DNA of 64,000 bases from a virus (Duplodnaviria; Caudoviricetes). The stretch lies in IMG/VR virus record IMGVR_UViG_3300026442_000101. One strand, 5' to 3'. Both the position numbers and the translations under genes were made by a program. The notes beneath the pieces were generated by a model. It was given only the letters and a program-made list of their open reading frames with translations. It was not told where the DNA came from and did no database searches. This document shows positions 11,601 through 20,490 of the stretch, piece after piece. Position 1 is the first letter of the stretch; each line of letters opens with the position of its first letter.

Positions 11601-14600
11601 CTTCTGAAGAAAGGTTATTACCGCGATAAGGATGGTGCTCCGATCACGTCCCTCAAGGACATCAAAGGACCTGTCTTTGACATCGACGGCAATGAGATCA
11701 TCAGCCAGGAAGACATCGACAAGTACAAGTCGTTCTATTCCAGAAACGGTTCGCTGTTGTTCACCATCGGTCGTGGATTTGCTCGCGTCGGTGTGGAGGC
11801 TACCAAGCTGGCGATCAAAGGCGCCCTCGCTTACGGCAAATTCGTAGGTAAGGTCTACAAGGGAATGTGGAAAGCCGCCAAGGGAGTCGGTCGCGGCATC
11901 GGTACGATGATCAACCGCCTGCGCGGTAAAGGTCTGAAAGGTCAAGTGGGTGTGTTGGAAGCCGAGATGGCTGAAGCCGCATTCGAGGTTGGTATCGAGC
12001 AGCTGAAAGTTCAGACCTCCATCTACGAACTCTTGAAACAGAAGTTCGATCCTGAGTCTGTCCACGGCGACGTGGATGGTGATGGGGTACGTGAGTACTC
12101 TTGGCAGGATATCTTGCGGCGTCGTAAGGAGAAGGCAGCCAATGCGCAGGCTAACGCCAGCACCGGCGGTCCTAACTCCGACATCGTCGACGCTGTCGAG
12201 AAGATGAACAAGGACATGAACAAGAAGCTGGACAACCTGGCCGAGGTAACCGAAGAGGCCGGTGAGAACAGCATGCTGGAAAATGCTGCTGACCTCGCAG
12301 ACATCACCGGAGGTGGTGGCGGTAAGGACGGTAAGGGAGGTAAAGGCAAGGGTCGTCCTAAGCGCGGCTTCCGTAGCGGCCGTGGTATCCGAGGCGGTAT
12401 TGGTCGGGCTGCTGGCTGGCTTGGTCGAGGCGCAATGGCTGCAGGCAGCTTCGCGGTATCCGCAGTCACTAGCCCATTGGGCTGGTTGGGCCGTGGTGCT
12501 GTAGCGGCAGCTCCCGCGTTGGCTTCTGGAGCAATGGCAGTTGGCGGTGCGGCTCTGACTGGCGCAGGTGCCATTGGTTCGGCTGCACTGTCGGCCGGCA
12601 CTGCCGCGGTGGGTGTGCTTGGTGCTCCTCTGATCCTCGGCGCTGCAGCAGTTGGCGGTGTCGCGTATCTGGGCTATCGCTACTACAAGTCGACTCAGGC
12701 CAAGAAGTTCCCGCTGCTGTATCTGCGGATGACTCAGTACGGTGTAGCGCCTACCGATAAAGATCGCGTCGAGAAGATGATCCAGCTCGAGAAGCTGTGC
12801 TCTAAAGGCGTGACTATCGGCGGTGATGGTCAGGCTTCGCTTGACCCAGAGCGTATAGACATCAACGCCTTCGTGCAACTCTTCGCTGTGAAGAACGCTG
12901 GCGATCAACAGCAGTTGATGCTCTGGCTGCAACGCCGTTTCCGTCCTGTGTTCCTCGCCCACTGCTTGGCAATGCAGAAGATCCGGAACACCACCGAGCT
13001 GTCCTCTGCCGATAGCGGTATTGGCGATGGTGACCTCGACACCTACCTGACCACGGTCGACCTGCCTAACATGCAGGAAGTCTACAACGATACCGACACT
13101 TCTCCATTCGATAGCGATCTGGACACTGACGCTGATGACGTAGCGGATGCCATCAAGATGGTCCGTGACCGCCGTGAGGTCAAGAAGAAAGATGCTGATC
13201 GCCAGCTGGCTGTTGCAGCAGCTGCGGGTAGTGCGGCAGGGGTGAAGGCGGCTACGACACTGTCTGTAGGTAAGGATGGTACCGATCCATCGTCTATCGC
13301 TAAGGGCGTGAAAGTTTCTGCGCCTATGATGGGTGGCGGTGGGGCGTATCAGCAACGTGCTGCAATGATGGCTGCCAAACAGCTGAAGTCTCTGGACATC
13401 CCGACCGCTGTGCGTTTCAAGACGTACGGTCTTAAGGAGTTCAAGCTCGACAAGTGCGAGCAGCTGCAACGGGTAGAAGAAGTTTACTGGGACCACATTG
13501 AATATAGCGGTACGGATAAGGCTCTGATCACCGGTAACACGGACGAGCTGAAAGCGAAGGTGTTTGACATCTTCAAGCCTGCCGACGATGTTCAACGTGC
13601 TGACGTGGATCGCTGGATTACCTATCGATTCATGCCTGCGTTCTTGCAATACGCAATCTCGGCTCGCCGTCGTTACAACGGCAACGCTAAAGATGCGGCA
13701 CGTAACCTCACCGGTCCGCTGATGAAGGAAGTGCTGAACGAAGTCACAGCTTCTCAAACCGAAACGCTGTTCTCCTCGAAGTCGGTCTGGACCATCGCCA
13801 ACAGCCCTTGGCCTGGCGTTGAACTGGAAACGATGTCGGGTTCGACCAAGCTGTATATCGACGCGCTCGACACTGGCGACTCTGCGAAGGTGCTTGACGT
13901 ACCTGGGCTGGAAGCTCAGAAGCGTACCGAGGCTGCTAACACGGAGTTCGGTAACCGAATGACTAACGTCGCGCTGGGTAACACTACAGCGGCGGGTGGT
14001 CAAGGCAACATCGGTAGAACCGGACCAACGCTTGCCAACTACGGTAAGATCTACGGCAGCGGTGCAATCGCAGGTGGTGTGCAAGGACAGTCCACCACGG
14101 GTCAAGGTGACGGCTCTCTGTTGATGACCGGTCCGATGGGTACTGCGGTGCAGCATCCAGGCGGCGGTACTGGCGGGGATATCAACTCTATCCCTGAACC
14201 TAAGGACAACGGCAAGGCGGCTATGATCGCCATCATTGAAGCTGCGGCTAAGATGGTGGGCTTCGATCCTAAGATCGCTGTGCAAGTTGCTGGTACCGAA
14301 TCTGGTCTGGACCCCAATGCCGATAACGGGATAGCAGCTGGTTTGTTCCAGTTCGTTAGCGGTACGTGGGCCGGGATGCTTCGTAAGTACGGTGCCATGT
14401 ACGGTATCTCGCCGATGGCTAGCCGGAAGGATCCGCGTGCGAACGCTATCCTGGGCGTCTGCTACCTCAAGGAGAACTACGACGGTCTGAAGCAGGCTCT
14501 GGGTAAAGAGGTTACTGATCTTGACCTGTACATGAGTCACTTCCTCGGCCTTGGTGGTGCTAAACGGTTCCTGTCGGCTCCTCCAGGGGATCCTGCATGG

Positions 14601-15413
14601 AAACACGTCGGCAACGGAACTGACAAGATGTCTCAGACCAAGGGCGATGGTGGTAACATCGTTCTTAAGCCTAACGCGTCTATCTTCTACAAGGACTACA
14701 AGTCCGGCAACCCGTCCCAGCATCGTTCGGTGCAGGAAGTGTTGATTGAGATGAATAAGCGGATGGGGATTGGTCTGAAGAAGGCTGGTCTGCCTGTAAG
14801 CGGAGCTTCGGCTCCAGAGGCAGCCGCTTCGGCAGCTGGATCGGGCGGCTCCGCTACTCCGTCCGCGGCATCTGAAGATCCAAACGCCATGGTCGCCGCT
14901 GGCGCAGCTTCGGCAGCAGCCGCAGCCGCTGGTGGTTCGTCCGGTACTCCGTCGGCAGCTCCTGCGACGGCACCAACCTCGGTTGCTTCGGCAGCAGCTC
15001 CTGGAGCAGGCACTACCGGTGTGATGCCGGTCAACGTAGCCCAGGAGATCAACAAGCCAGCCGATGGCGGTGGTTCGCTCCAAGACCAACTCGCCCCAAG
15101 CGCAGGCTTCGTCCCACCGCCTACAGCTACCCAGGCCGCTGCAGAGCAATCTCAGCGTCGTGGTGCAGCAGAAGCGGCAGCGAACGCCACGTCTCTGGAG
15201 TCGATCATGCAGAAGATGTACGAGATCGACATGGACTCGAACCTTCAGCTGAAAGGCATTCTGCAGCGTCTGAACGAGATGGGGAGTGTCGGCGGAAATG
15301 GAGGAGGTCAGGCCGAGCCTGTCCAATCCCAGTCGAAGCAGCAGGTCGCACGAGCACCAGAACCTCAGCAACGCAACCCGGTCAGCGTCAAGCGCGGTAA
15401 AGCGGCAGTCTGA
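8619..15413 (+). CDS. Tape-measure/tail-associated protein with C-terminal lytic transglycosylase (phiKZ gp181-like)
   Basis: About 2260 aa from ATG 8619. SLT motifs TESGLDPNA..AAGLFQF, DPRANAILG and LYMSHFLG near the C-terminus. Central Gly/Ala hydrophobic stretch. Divergent from vRNAP beta-prime as in phiKZ. Confidence 0.88.
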   Translation: MASKDEVNFGDGDLDDLDFGDLNFDSSDDPFAEAKDNRKPIEHFKEAVKQSAKNKLTDTGFLRRVLSKALPKGYVQALGAYDALDQGIEQIMKDNQAELNPYLVGMKRKFDLMNPNLRRLVPRSIREAADMASDRSESSSSHSSPDELTMNIQGLDGLFKAQADDRIRGEFRDAVKDTRDQKRFKAQMSVDMAAAKGIGRLVGYQDNILINYHRKHLELSYRQLDVNVRMLKASSEFYHEASGLLKAIGKNTGLPDFVKMRTTEVVEQQMKQKLAQAAFGGAAGYAQKMFKGITTNASEMLGQGLEFHSQLKSAEDFGRTKAQMAGSILGTLAGDQLGEWGEDLAGRGAEYIKPLLERFGFVKQTDNFLRRNLTGIPQRINEWAKSDTDYDSKTGLAQASLKALLDTHSTSSSISGRSIDELDKPALFDDLFHKTVTEILPAQLASIDRWVKTIATGEDQEETAWSHYTGSLVKRSTLNQQHLKIALKGAGSSLRYTVDSILTEMDANQLTPEARRALRVKLMRDLADANDFKPERYVKEEVWKNVDPSVAKEIIDFFADRFALNRETGEHSRDEEQTTYYNDVRDKFIGAQSGLPDITTRMDIMSKVVGRRTWRELGLTDWDGQDSDRIRLDELFDKLVNEAEEKDLTKKDEKKLSAKERAKKRFEEEQKKKRESEGVYDVDDDRDLRGKFGPRPDSKGPQPYVWAPGMSPPSAPGPVTVKVTAPEMYKTADEETHKRLDALIELATALADGNGKLNENTFLGVEYLDLIASLMQSQGQGGEDGEGGPAPTPGPGGSRRITLGGILGWGAKTGYKAARGAAKGFAAYTKFAYGTIFKGLNFARKAAWGAAKFPFKRLDGFGVSDIHVMGEPEPSLLAKGIRNGWYFDVATKKVIQSIDDITGEVKDRDGNIVLTAEEFAKGLMNGRGETIAGRAGRIGAKLTGLAAKGLAGYFGFTYGMIWKGVKKVAEIAVDQFTQFDAYFPGDEEPRIRSKLLKKGYYRDKDGAPITSLKDIKGPVFDIDGNEIISQEDIDKYKSFYSRNGSLLFTIGRGFARVGVEATKLAIKGALAYGKFVGKVYKGMWKAAKGVGRGIGTMINRLRGKGLKGQVGVLEAEMAEAAFEVGIEQLKVQTSIYELLKQKFDPESVHGDVDGDGVREYSWQDILRRRKEKAANAQANASTGGPNSDIVDAVEKMNKDMNKKLDNLAEVTEEAGENSMLENAADLADITGGGGGKDGKGGKGKGRPKRGFRSGRGIRGGIGRAAGWLGRGAMAAGSFAVSAVTSPLGWLGRGAVAAAPALASGAMAVGGAALTGAGAIGSAALSAGTAAVGVLGAPLILGAAAVGGVAYLGYRYYKSTQAKKFPLLYLRMTQYGVAPTDKDRVEKMIQLEKLCSKGVTIGGDGQASLDPERIDINAFVQLFAVKNAGDQQQLMLWLQRRFRPVFLAHCLAMQKIRNTTELSSADSGIGDGDLDTYLTTVDLPNMQEVYNDTDTSPFDSDLDTDADDVADAIKMVRDRREVKKKDADRQLAVAAAAGSAAGVKAATTLSVGKDGTDPSSIAKGVKVSAPMMGGGGAYQQRAAMMAAKQLKSLDIPTAVRFKTYGLKEFKLDKCEQLQRVEEVYWDHIEYSGTDKALITGNTDELKAKVFDIFKPADDVQRADVDRWITYRFMPAFLQYAISARRRYNGNAKDAARNLTGPLMKEVLNEVTASQTETLFSSKSVWTIANSPWPGVELETMSGSTKLYIDALDTGDSAKVLDVPGLEAQKRTEAANTEFGNRMTNVALGNTTAAGGQGNIGRTGPTLANYGKIYGSGAIAGGVQGQSTTGQGDGSLLMTGPMGTAVQHPGGGTGGDINSIPEPKDNGKAAMIAIIEAAAKMVGFDPKIAVQVAGTESGLDPNADNGIAAGLFQFVSGTWAGMLRKYGAMYGISPMASRKDPRANAILGVCYLKENYDGLKQALGKEVTDLDLYMSHFLGLGGAKRFLSAPPGDPAWKHVGNGTDKMSQTKGDGGNIVLKPNASIFYKDYKSGNPSQHRSVQEVLIEMNKRMGIGLKKAGLPVSGASAPEAAASAAGSGGSATPSAASEDPNAMVAAGAASAAAAAAGGSSGTPSAAPATAPTSVASAAAPGAGTTGVMPVNVAQEINKPADGGGSLQDQLAPSAGFVPPPTATQAAAEQSQRRGAAEAAANATSLESIMQKMYEIDMDSNLQLKGILQRLNEMGSVGGNGGGQAEPVQSQSKQQVARAPEPQQRNPVSVKRGKAAV

Positions 15414-15418
15414 TGAAC

Positions 15419-15440
15419 GTGGGCGGGTAACACCGCCCAC
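15419..15440 (+). terminator. Intrinsic terminator-like hairpin after the tape-measure gene
   Basis: GTGGGCGG-GTAACA-CCGCCCAC followed by TTCCTTTT. Confidence 0.7.
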
Positions 15441-15463
15441 TTCCTTTTCACATCGGAGCTAGC

Positions 15464-17410
15464 ATGGCACGAAAGTATCTGCTGGATAAGCAATGGGCAG
15501 GCCACGCCTTCCTGGCGCCGCCTAGCGCTCTGACTGACGCGATCAACAACAAGCGTCGGTATTACACCTCATCGTCGAGGAAGTTCATCGATACCACTAT
15601 CGGCGGACACTTCGCGATTAACCCACTACCTCAGTTCACGGATAACTGTGACCTGAAGCACAAGCCTATCTTTTCTGCCTCGGAGGGTGTAGGTCGCTGG
15701 TGGAGTGAAGTACTGGATGACAACGCGCAGCTGATCCATATCCGCGCAGGCGTCCCCAAGTTCAACTCCATGATGAACTTCTTCGGTAACTTCTACAACG
15801 TCTACGCAGGCTCCATGGCGAGGACTGGTCGTGCGCCGTCGGTATGGTTCGAGGTGGGTCGCGTAGCAGGTTTCATTGGTACGCTTCCATTGCAGCCGTT
15901 CATTCTGGCTGGATCGATGATCAAGTTCTTCGCGAACATGCCTCGATCGAAGTACTACTACCTGAAGCCGGCCATGTACCCCTTCTGGTACTCTCTGAGC
16001 GGTTATGTGAACGCGATGTTCGTGAACCTGGGCCTTTCCCCTCGGTTTGTGAACGACCAGCAGAAACGCTTCTTTGACCCCTTGTCGGTACCGGACAAAA
16101 TCGACATCGATCAGATGCACCGGATCTTCCCGGACATCGCGATGAAGAACGGCGGTATCGATGTGTTCGCCATGTCTACCAGGGCACAGCGGTTAGCTAA
16201 CCGTTACCACGACATGGTCAACTCGGCACTCTCTGGTCTGACGTCGGATCCTGCTAAGCGTGCTGAAGAGTTCGCTCGGATCATGCAGGACGGGATCGAT
16301 GAAGGGATCAAGAAGCTGAAGGACCCTGGTGCATCGCTCTCCGAATACGAGGCGGCGTATCTGGCGTTCTCCGGTAAGTACGATGAGAAGAAAGCAAGTC
16401 AGTCGGATGCCGATACCACCGAGCAGAGTTACGTTGACTCGATGGTTGAGCAAGGTAAGGCCGAAGCCCGCATGGGTGCCGACTTTGTAACCTTCCGTTG
16501 TAACTTCACTTCGAGCAACTCCGATAGCTTCAACAACCAAGCGACCGAATCGTCCATCCAGTCTGAAGTGAACGCGATGTCTTCCAAGGCACGTATGCAG
16601 CGCTTCAACTTGGCGGATGGTAACATCGCAGGGCCTGTTGGTTACGCTATCGAGATCTTCGCTGACGTCGCTAAGGGCGTCCTCGCGGCTGCTCAGGTGG
16701 AAGGCTTCATCGCTCTGGCTGGTAACGCATTCGCTGACATCCAGAAGGTCTACGAGTCTTCCTCGGCAGATCTTAACCGGACCAGCTTCACCCTACACCT
16801 GCGCTCTTGGGCAGCGGATGACTGGGTGCGTTTGCAGAACCTCTTCATCCCGCTGGGCGCAATCCTAGCCCTTGGTCTGCCTCGGGCAACCGGTCGTGCT
16901 TCCTACGACGGTCCGCCACTGCTTGAGGTGTTTAACCAAGGTCACACGATGATCCGAGAAGGTCTCGTTGAGTCCATCTCGATTGAACGTGGTGTGGGTG
17001 ACGTAGGCTGGGCTAAAGGCGGTAAGGTGCTCGGCATCGACGTGACGGTAACTATCGTCGATCTGTCGACCATCCTCTCCATGCCAATCAACCCGGGCTT
17101 TGATTCCACCTCCGGTGTAATGACCGCAGCAGCTTCAGCTCTGTTCGGTTCTGCTGGCGAGCAGGCCATGGCCGCTTTGTCCAAGTCGACGTATGGCGAG
17201 GATAACAAGTGGACAGACTACCTGGCTACTCTCGGCGCTATTCCGCTCGACGTTCACATCAACGCCACCCGTAAGTGGCAGTTGACCATGGCGCGTACGC
17301 GTGCTGCGTTCGACCAGTGGAAGTCCCCGTATCACATGACCTCCGGTCTGATGTCGGGTATGCCGGGCGAGTTGATCAAAATGATCTCTCAACCAACCGA
17401 TCGTTCGTAA
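15464..17410 (+). CDS. Tail/baseplate structural protein (phiKZ gp182-like)
   Basis: 648 aa with GGAG RBS, immediately after gp181-like. Contains TTIGGHFAINPLPQF and GVGRWWSEVLDDN, recalled from this family. Confidence 0.75.
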   Translation: MARKYLLDKQWAGHAFLAPPSALTDAINNKRRYYTSSSRKFIDTTIGGHFAINPLPQFTDNCDLKHKPIFSASEGVGRWWSEVLDDNAQLIHIRAGVPKFNSMMNFFGNFYNVYAGSMARTGRAPSVWFEVGRVAGFIGTLPLQPFILAGSMIKFFANMPRSKYYYLKPAMYPFWYSLSGYVNAMFVNLGLSPRFVNDQQKRFFDPLSVPDKIDIDQMHRIFPDIAMKNGGIDVFAMSTRAQRLANRYHDMVNSALSGLTSDPAKRAEEFARIMQDGIDEGIKKLKDPGASLSEYEAAYLAFSGKYDEKKASQSDADTTEQSYVDSMVEQGKAEARMGADFVTFRCNFTSSNSDSFNNQATESSIQSEVNAMSSKARMQRFNLADGNIAGPVGYAIEIFADVAKGVLAAAQVEGFIALAGNAFADIQKVYESSSADLNRTSFTLHLRSWAADDWVRLQNLFIPLGAILALGLPRATGRASYDGPPLLEVFNQGHTMIREGLVESISIERGVGDVGWAKGGKVLGIDVTVTIVDLSTILSMPINPGFDSTSGVMTAAASALFGSAGEQAMAALSKSTYGEDNKWTDYLATLGAIPLDVHINATRKWQLTMARTRAAFDQWKSPYHMTSGLMSGMPGELIKMISQPTDRS

Positions 17411-17414
17411 ACAG

Positions 17415-17447
17415 CATAGAGGCCGGGGAACTTCCCCGGCCCTTATG
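17415..17447. terminator. GCATAG-family hairpin between convergent genes
   Basis: CATAGAGGCCGGGG-AACTT-CCCCGGCCCTTATG; no U-tract on either strand. Confidence 0.7.
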
Positions 17448-18458
17448 TCACGTCGGAATGTAAGCGTCGGGATACATGCCTTTGATCACATCGACCACAC
17501 CACGCGGCTGTTTACCTTTTGCTGCCATCGTCCGAGTCTTGTGGGGCTCGTAGAGATAGAACAAAGTCTTCGCATCGACACTGGCCGAGATGTAAGGACC
17601 GAGGTTCGCCACGTATACGCCGCCCCGCAGATACTCGCTCCAGTGAGCATTGATCTTTGTCAGCAGAGTGGTCAGCTCGGTAAACTTGGCAGGATACTTA
17701 TCGACCGTGTCGTTAGTCCCGAAGAAGAAGCCGGCCAGGATCGAGTTGATCGCATCAGGGTTGTTCTCAAGGAACTTGGTAAGACCGATCTCGTTGATGA
17801 TCTTATCGATCATCGCAAGGTCGGATCCGTTTACGGCCGTAGTCGAAATGTAAGCCCAGGCGTTAGCTCTGACGCGTTCGTCACGAGCCTGCTGGATAGC
17901 CTCATCGACCAGCTCAGGAATGCCGAACGACATCAGCTCGTTAGCGAGTCCTGCGATCAGTGCAGACTCAGCCTCAAGGTTTACGAACTGAGCCAGCTCA
18001 CTATTACCAGTCAGCTCACTGACGAACTCGAGCAGACTCTGAGCATCGTTTACATCAGCTACTGAGATCAGCGTGGAAGCGTTGTTGTACAGGACACTGA
18101 TGAACTTCTTCGCATCGTCGCTGATGTAGTCGCCCGCAACACTTTCGAGCTTGTTCTTGAGCGTACCGCCCAGAGTACCAAGAAGGCTAGGCAGACTGCT
18201 ACCAAAAGCACCCAGAGTACGACCGAGCATGTCGACTTTATCGACGTTACCATTCTTCGCAGCTTGCAGAATACTGGCCAACTCACGGACAGACCCCTTG
18301 TTGGCGTACATTCCTTTGACGGCATCTTTATAGATACCTTTCGATGCTTCGAATACACTGTTGCGCGTTTCGTTCGTAGAGATCTTGTAAGCATCCTCCA
18401 CGATCATCGCGTCGCGGGAGTTGCCCTGGAAAATAGTGTTTGCTAATGCGCCCGGCAT
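17448..18458 (-). CDS. Hypothetical protein, probably virion structural
   Basis: About 336 aa from ATG 18458 with GAGGGG RBS (ORF open to 18482). Confidence 0.7.
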   Translation of the reverse strand: MPGALANTIFQGNSRDAMIVEDAYKISTNETRNSVFEASKGIYKDAVKGMYANKGSVRELASILQAAKNGNVDKVDMLGRTLGAFGSSLPSLLGTLGGTLKNKLESVAGDYISDDAKKFISVLYNNASTLISVADVNDAQSLLEFVSELTGNSELAQFVNLEAESALIAGLANELMSFGIPELVDEAIQQARDERVRANAWAYISTTAVNGSDLAMIDKIINEIGLTKFLENNPDAINSILAGFFFGTNDTVDKYPAKFTELTTLLTKINAHWSEYLRGGVYVANLGPYISASVDAKTLFYLYEPHKTRTMAAKGKQPRGVVDVIKGMYPDAYIPT

Positions 18459-18491
18459 GGCGAACCCCTCTGTTAGATACACAGCATGGAC

Positions 18492-18535
18492 AAAAAAAAG
18501 AAAGGAGGGGTACGGAGCGGTTTCCCGCTCCGTAC
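18492..18535 (-). terminator. Intrinsic terminator
   Basis: On the - strand: GTACGGAGCGG-GAAA-CCGCTCCGTAC, then CCCTCCTTTCTTTTTTTT. Confidence 0.75.
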
Positions 18536-18540
18536 TTGAC

Positions 18541-18990
18541 TCATCTGCCGATGGCGATGTCGTTGCGAATTTCTTCGAGCATACCGCAGAAGACCTTTGA
18601 CGACTTCGGCACGACGACTTTGCCGTTGTACACGTAGTAGTGCTCGAACGGTAGGATCTCTTCCCGCATGGATTGGGAAAGTTCCTCGTTCATGTCGATC
18701 TTCGCCCGGATACCGATTTTGATATCCTCGTAGAAAGTCTTGTTCCAGACCACCTCCAGCTTGGATCCGTAAGCTTTCGCTTCGAACCCATTCATGGCAC
18801 GCAAGTCTTCGTGTTGCATTCCAGTACGCAGATAGTACCAGAGACCTTCCATCGTACGGAAACGACCGTAGGTTGGATGGTTCGTGGGAATATCCGAGAG
18901 GTTGGTAACCAGCCGTCCAAAGCGGGTGACGGCCTTTGTCCAAGTGTTGATGTGCTCAACACCATCCAGTTTTGGATCTGGAAGACTCAT
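18541..18990 (-). CDS. NADAR-like (T4 gp30.3/YbiA-like) protein
   Basis: HIN...GRLVTNL..P..HP.YGRFRTMEGLWYYL...LRAMNGFEAKAYG resembles the SNF..PF...G..F..LEG...LSG..A...G pattern of phage NADARs (recalled, not searched). Confidence 0.5.
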   Translation of the reverse strand: MSLPDPKLDGVEHINTWTKAVTRFGRLVTNLSDIPTNHPTYGRFRTMEGLWYYLRTGMQHEDLRAMNGFEAKAYGSKLEVVWNKTFYEDIKIGIRAKIDMNEELSQSMREEILPFEHYYVYNGKVVVPKSSKVFCGMLEEIRNDIAIGR

Positions 18991-19421
18991 TTACCCTCCT
19001 CCTCGTCTTCACCTTCCACAGGTGCTGGCGGTAATATTGCGAAGCGGTTCGGCACGCGCACTGTGTGAGAGTACGTGTGGCCGGATGAAGCTTCCATTCC
19101 AATGGTGACGCTATAAACTTTCGGACCCAGTATCTGTAGCACGGTTTCAAAGCGATACCACGGAAGAGAGTCCTTCGCCAAAGCTCTGGTGAGGTTACTC
19201 TTCTCCTGATTCACTTTGATCATGTCGACTTCACCATGACGGTTGGTGTACTTCTTGCGATAGTACTTGTCCATCAGGTTATCGAACCCACCAGCCTCCA
19301 TCCCTTGAGATGCGATGATATCGCGGAACAGTTTGGCTAGCACATGACTTGTGTCATCTGCTTTCTTTTTCGGATCCTTCATTAACTCCCTGAAGGTCGA
19401 AGTTTTTGGTCGACGTGGCAT
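18987..19421 (-). CDS. Conserved hypothetical protein
   Basis: About 144 aa; start uncertain (19439, 19421 or 19382). ATGA overlap with the downstream gene. Confidence 0.7.
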   Translation of the reverse strand: MPRRPKTSTFRELMKDPKKKADDTSHVLAKLFRDIIASQGMEAGGFDNLMDKYYRKKYTNRHGEVDMIKVNQEKSNLTRALAKDSLPWYRFETVLQILGPKVYSVTIGMEASSGHTYSHTVRVPNRFAILPPAPVEGEDEEEGK

Positions 19422-19489
19422 AGTAAATCCTGCGGGCATGTCCGAGCTTACGGAAGCGATGGCTCGGCAATAAGGATAGGGTCTAGGTA

Positions 19490-19999
19490 CTACTGGTTAC
19501 CCAGAGTAAAGCTTGCATTCAGAACTTCGAGGGTGTCGCTTACGATCGAATAGAACTCCTTTCGCATGTAATGGTAATAGTGGTGGTTTATGTCAATCTT
19601 CTTGACTTCAAGTAGATTATGTATGACTTCCACCTTTTCCAATAACATCTCCAAGACCTTTTGGGGATGTCGGTAACCTGGCTTGATCTCGTAATAGAAA
19701 TCAGGGAGCGGATCGAGGTAACGGGTTCTACTCCTCTCGTCCCACCAGTGCGGGGTATCTTCCTCTTTGCCGATGCAGCTGATCATCATCTCGAACCGCA
19801 TGAACAACTCATCGACGTTCTTCGAGAAGACGGATAGGTTGACATCAAAGTGCGAGATGTTGATATCGGGCAGCTTGAGCAGTTTGGCCTTCTCAGCCAA
19901 TGCGAACATCCGAAGCCACGCATCATCTGGCAACGGCTCGACCACCTGTTCAGCAAACCCAAAGAATTCTTTGAACCACGAAACAAATCGTTTGAACAT
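19490..19999 (-). CDS. Hypothetical protein
   Basis: 169 aa with GGAGGGG RBS. Confidence 0.75.
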   Translation of the reverse strand: MFKRFVSWFKEFFGFAEQVVEPLPDDAWLRMFALAEKAKLLKLPDINISHFDVNLSVFSKNVDELFMRFEMMISCIGKEEDTPHWWDERSRTRYLDPLPDFYYEIKPGYRHPQKVLEMLLEKVEVIHNLLEVKKIDINHHYYHYMRKEFYSIVSDTLEVLNASFTLGNQ

Positions 20000-20034
20000 A
20001 ACCCCTCCTAAGAGGGCATGGTAGGAGAATAGAG

Positions 20035-20490
20035 ATGGATCAAGAATACATCCCCAAGATCGATCCGAACATCGACGAACACAGTCTCGATCCAGGGGAC
20101 GTCGTTAAGTTTACTCAGCGCATGCGATTCCAGGCGTTCAACGAACTGACCGATAACGGCCAGAACGTCAGCAAGAACCTCGGCGATACCATGCAGCTGC
20201 TGCGTGACCTGGACGCAGCCGCACTGACCACCCGTAAGCTGAACATCGAAGAGAAGACCGTCAACGATGGTCGTCAGGCTCGCGAAAGCTTCAGCAAACT
20301 GGTGCAGATGTTTGGCGACAATCAACCCTACGAGCGTCCAGCTATTGAGGGTGAGGAAGCCCCACCCCCACGTCGCCGTTCACCGCTGCCGGAAGGTCAC
20401 GTCATCCCTCCAGTACGGTTGAATCCGGGGGAAGATGCCCAAGGCGAACAAGTTCTGTCAATCGCGAACTATATATCTGTTGAAGAATAG
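20035..20490 (+). CDS. Hypothetical protein
   Basis: 151 aa with AGGAG RBS; helical N-terminus, Pro-rich C-terminus. Confidence 0.75.
   Translation: MDQEYIPKIDPNIDEHSLDPGDVVKFTQRMRFQAFNELTDNGQNVSKNLGDTMQLLRDLDAAALTTRKLNIEEKTVNDGRQARESFSKLVQMFGDNQPYERPAIEGEEAPPPRRRSPLPEGHVIPPVRLNPGEDAQGEQVLSIANYISVEE

Noticed and set aside
14800-15200. GCA/GCT/TCG-rich quasi-repeats
   Set aside because: They only encode the Ala/Ser/Pro low-complexity linker of the tape-measure protein; there is no regular repeat-spacer (CRISPR-like) structure.
9849-15440. 1863 aa antisense ORF, and similar long antisense ORFs (962..2374, 4724..6823, 23029..24255, 24099..25289, 41560..42723, 61442..62797)
   Set aside because: They shadow well-supported genes. 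Strong C/T third-position bias suppresses stop codons on the opposite strand, and the translations show no RBS or recognisable motifs.
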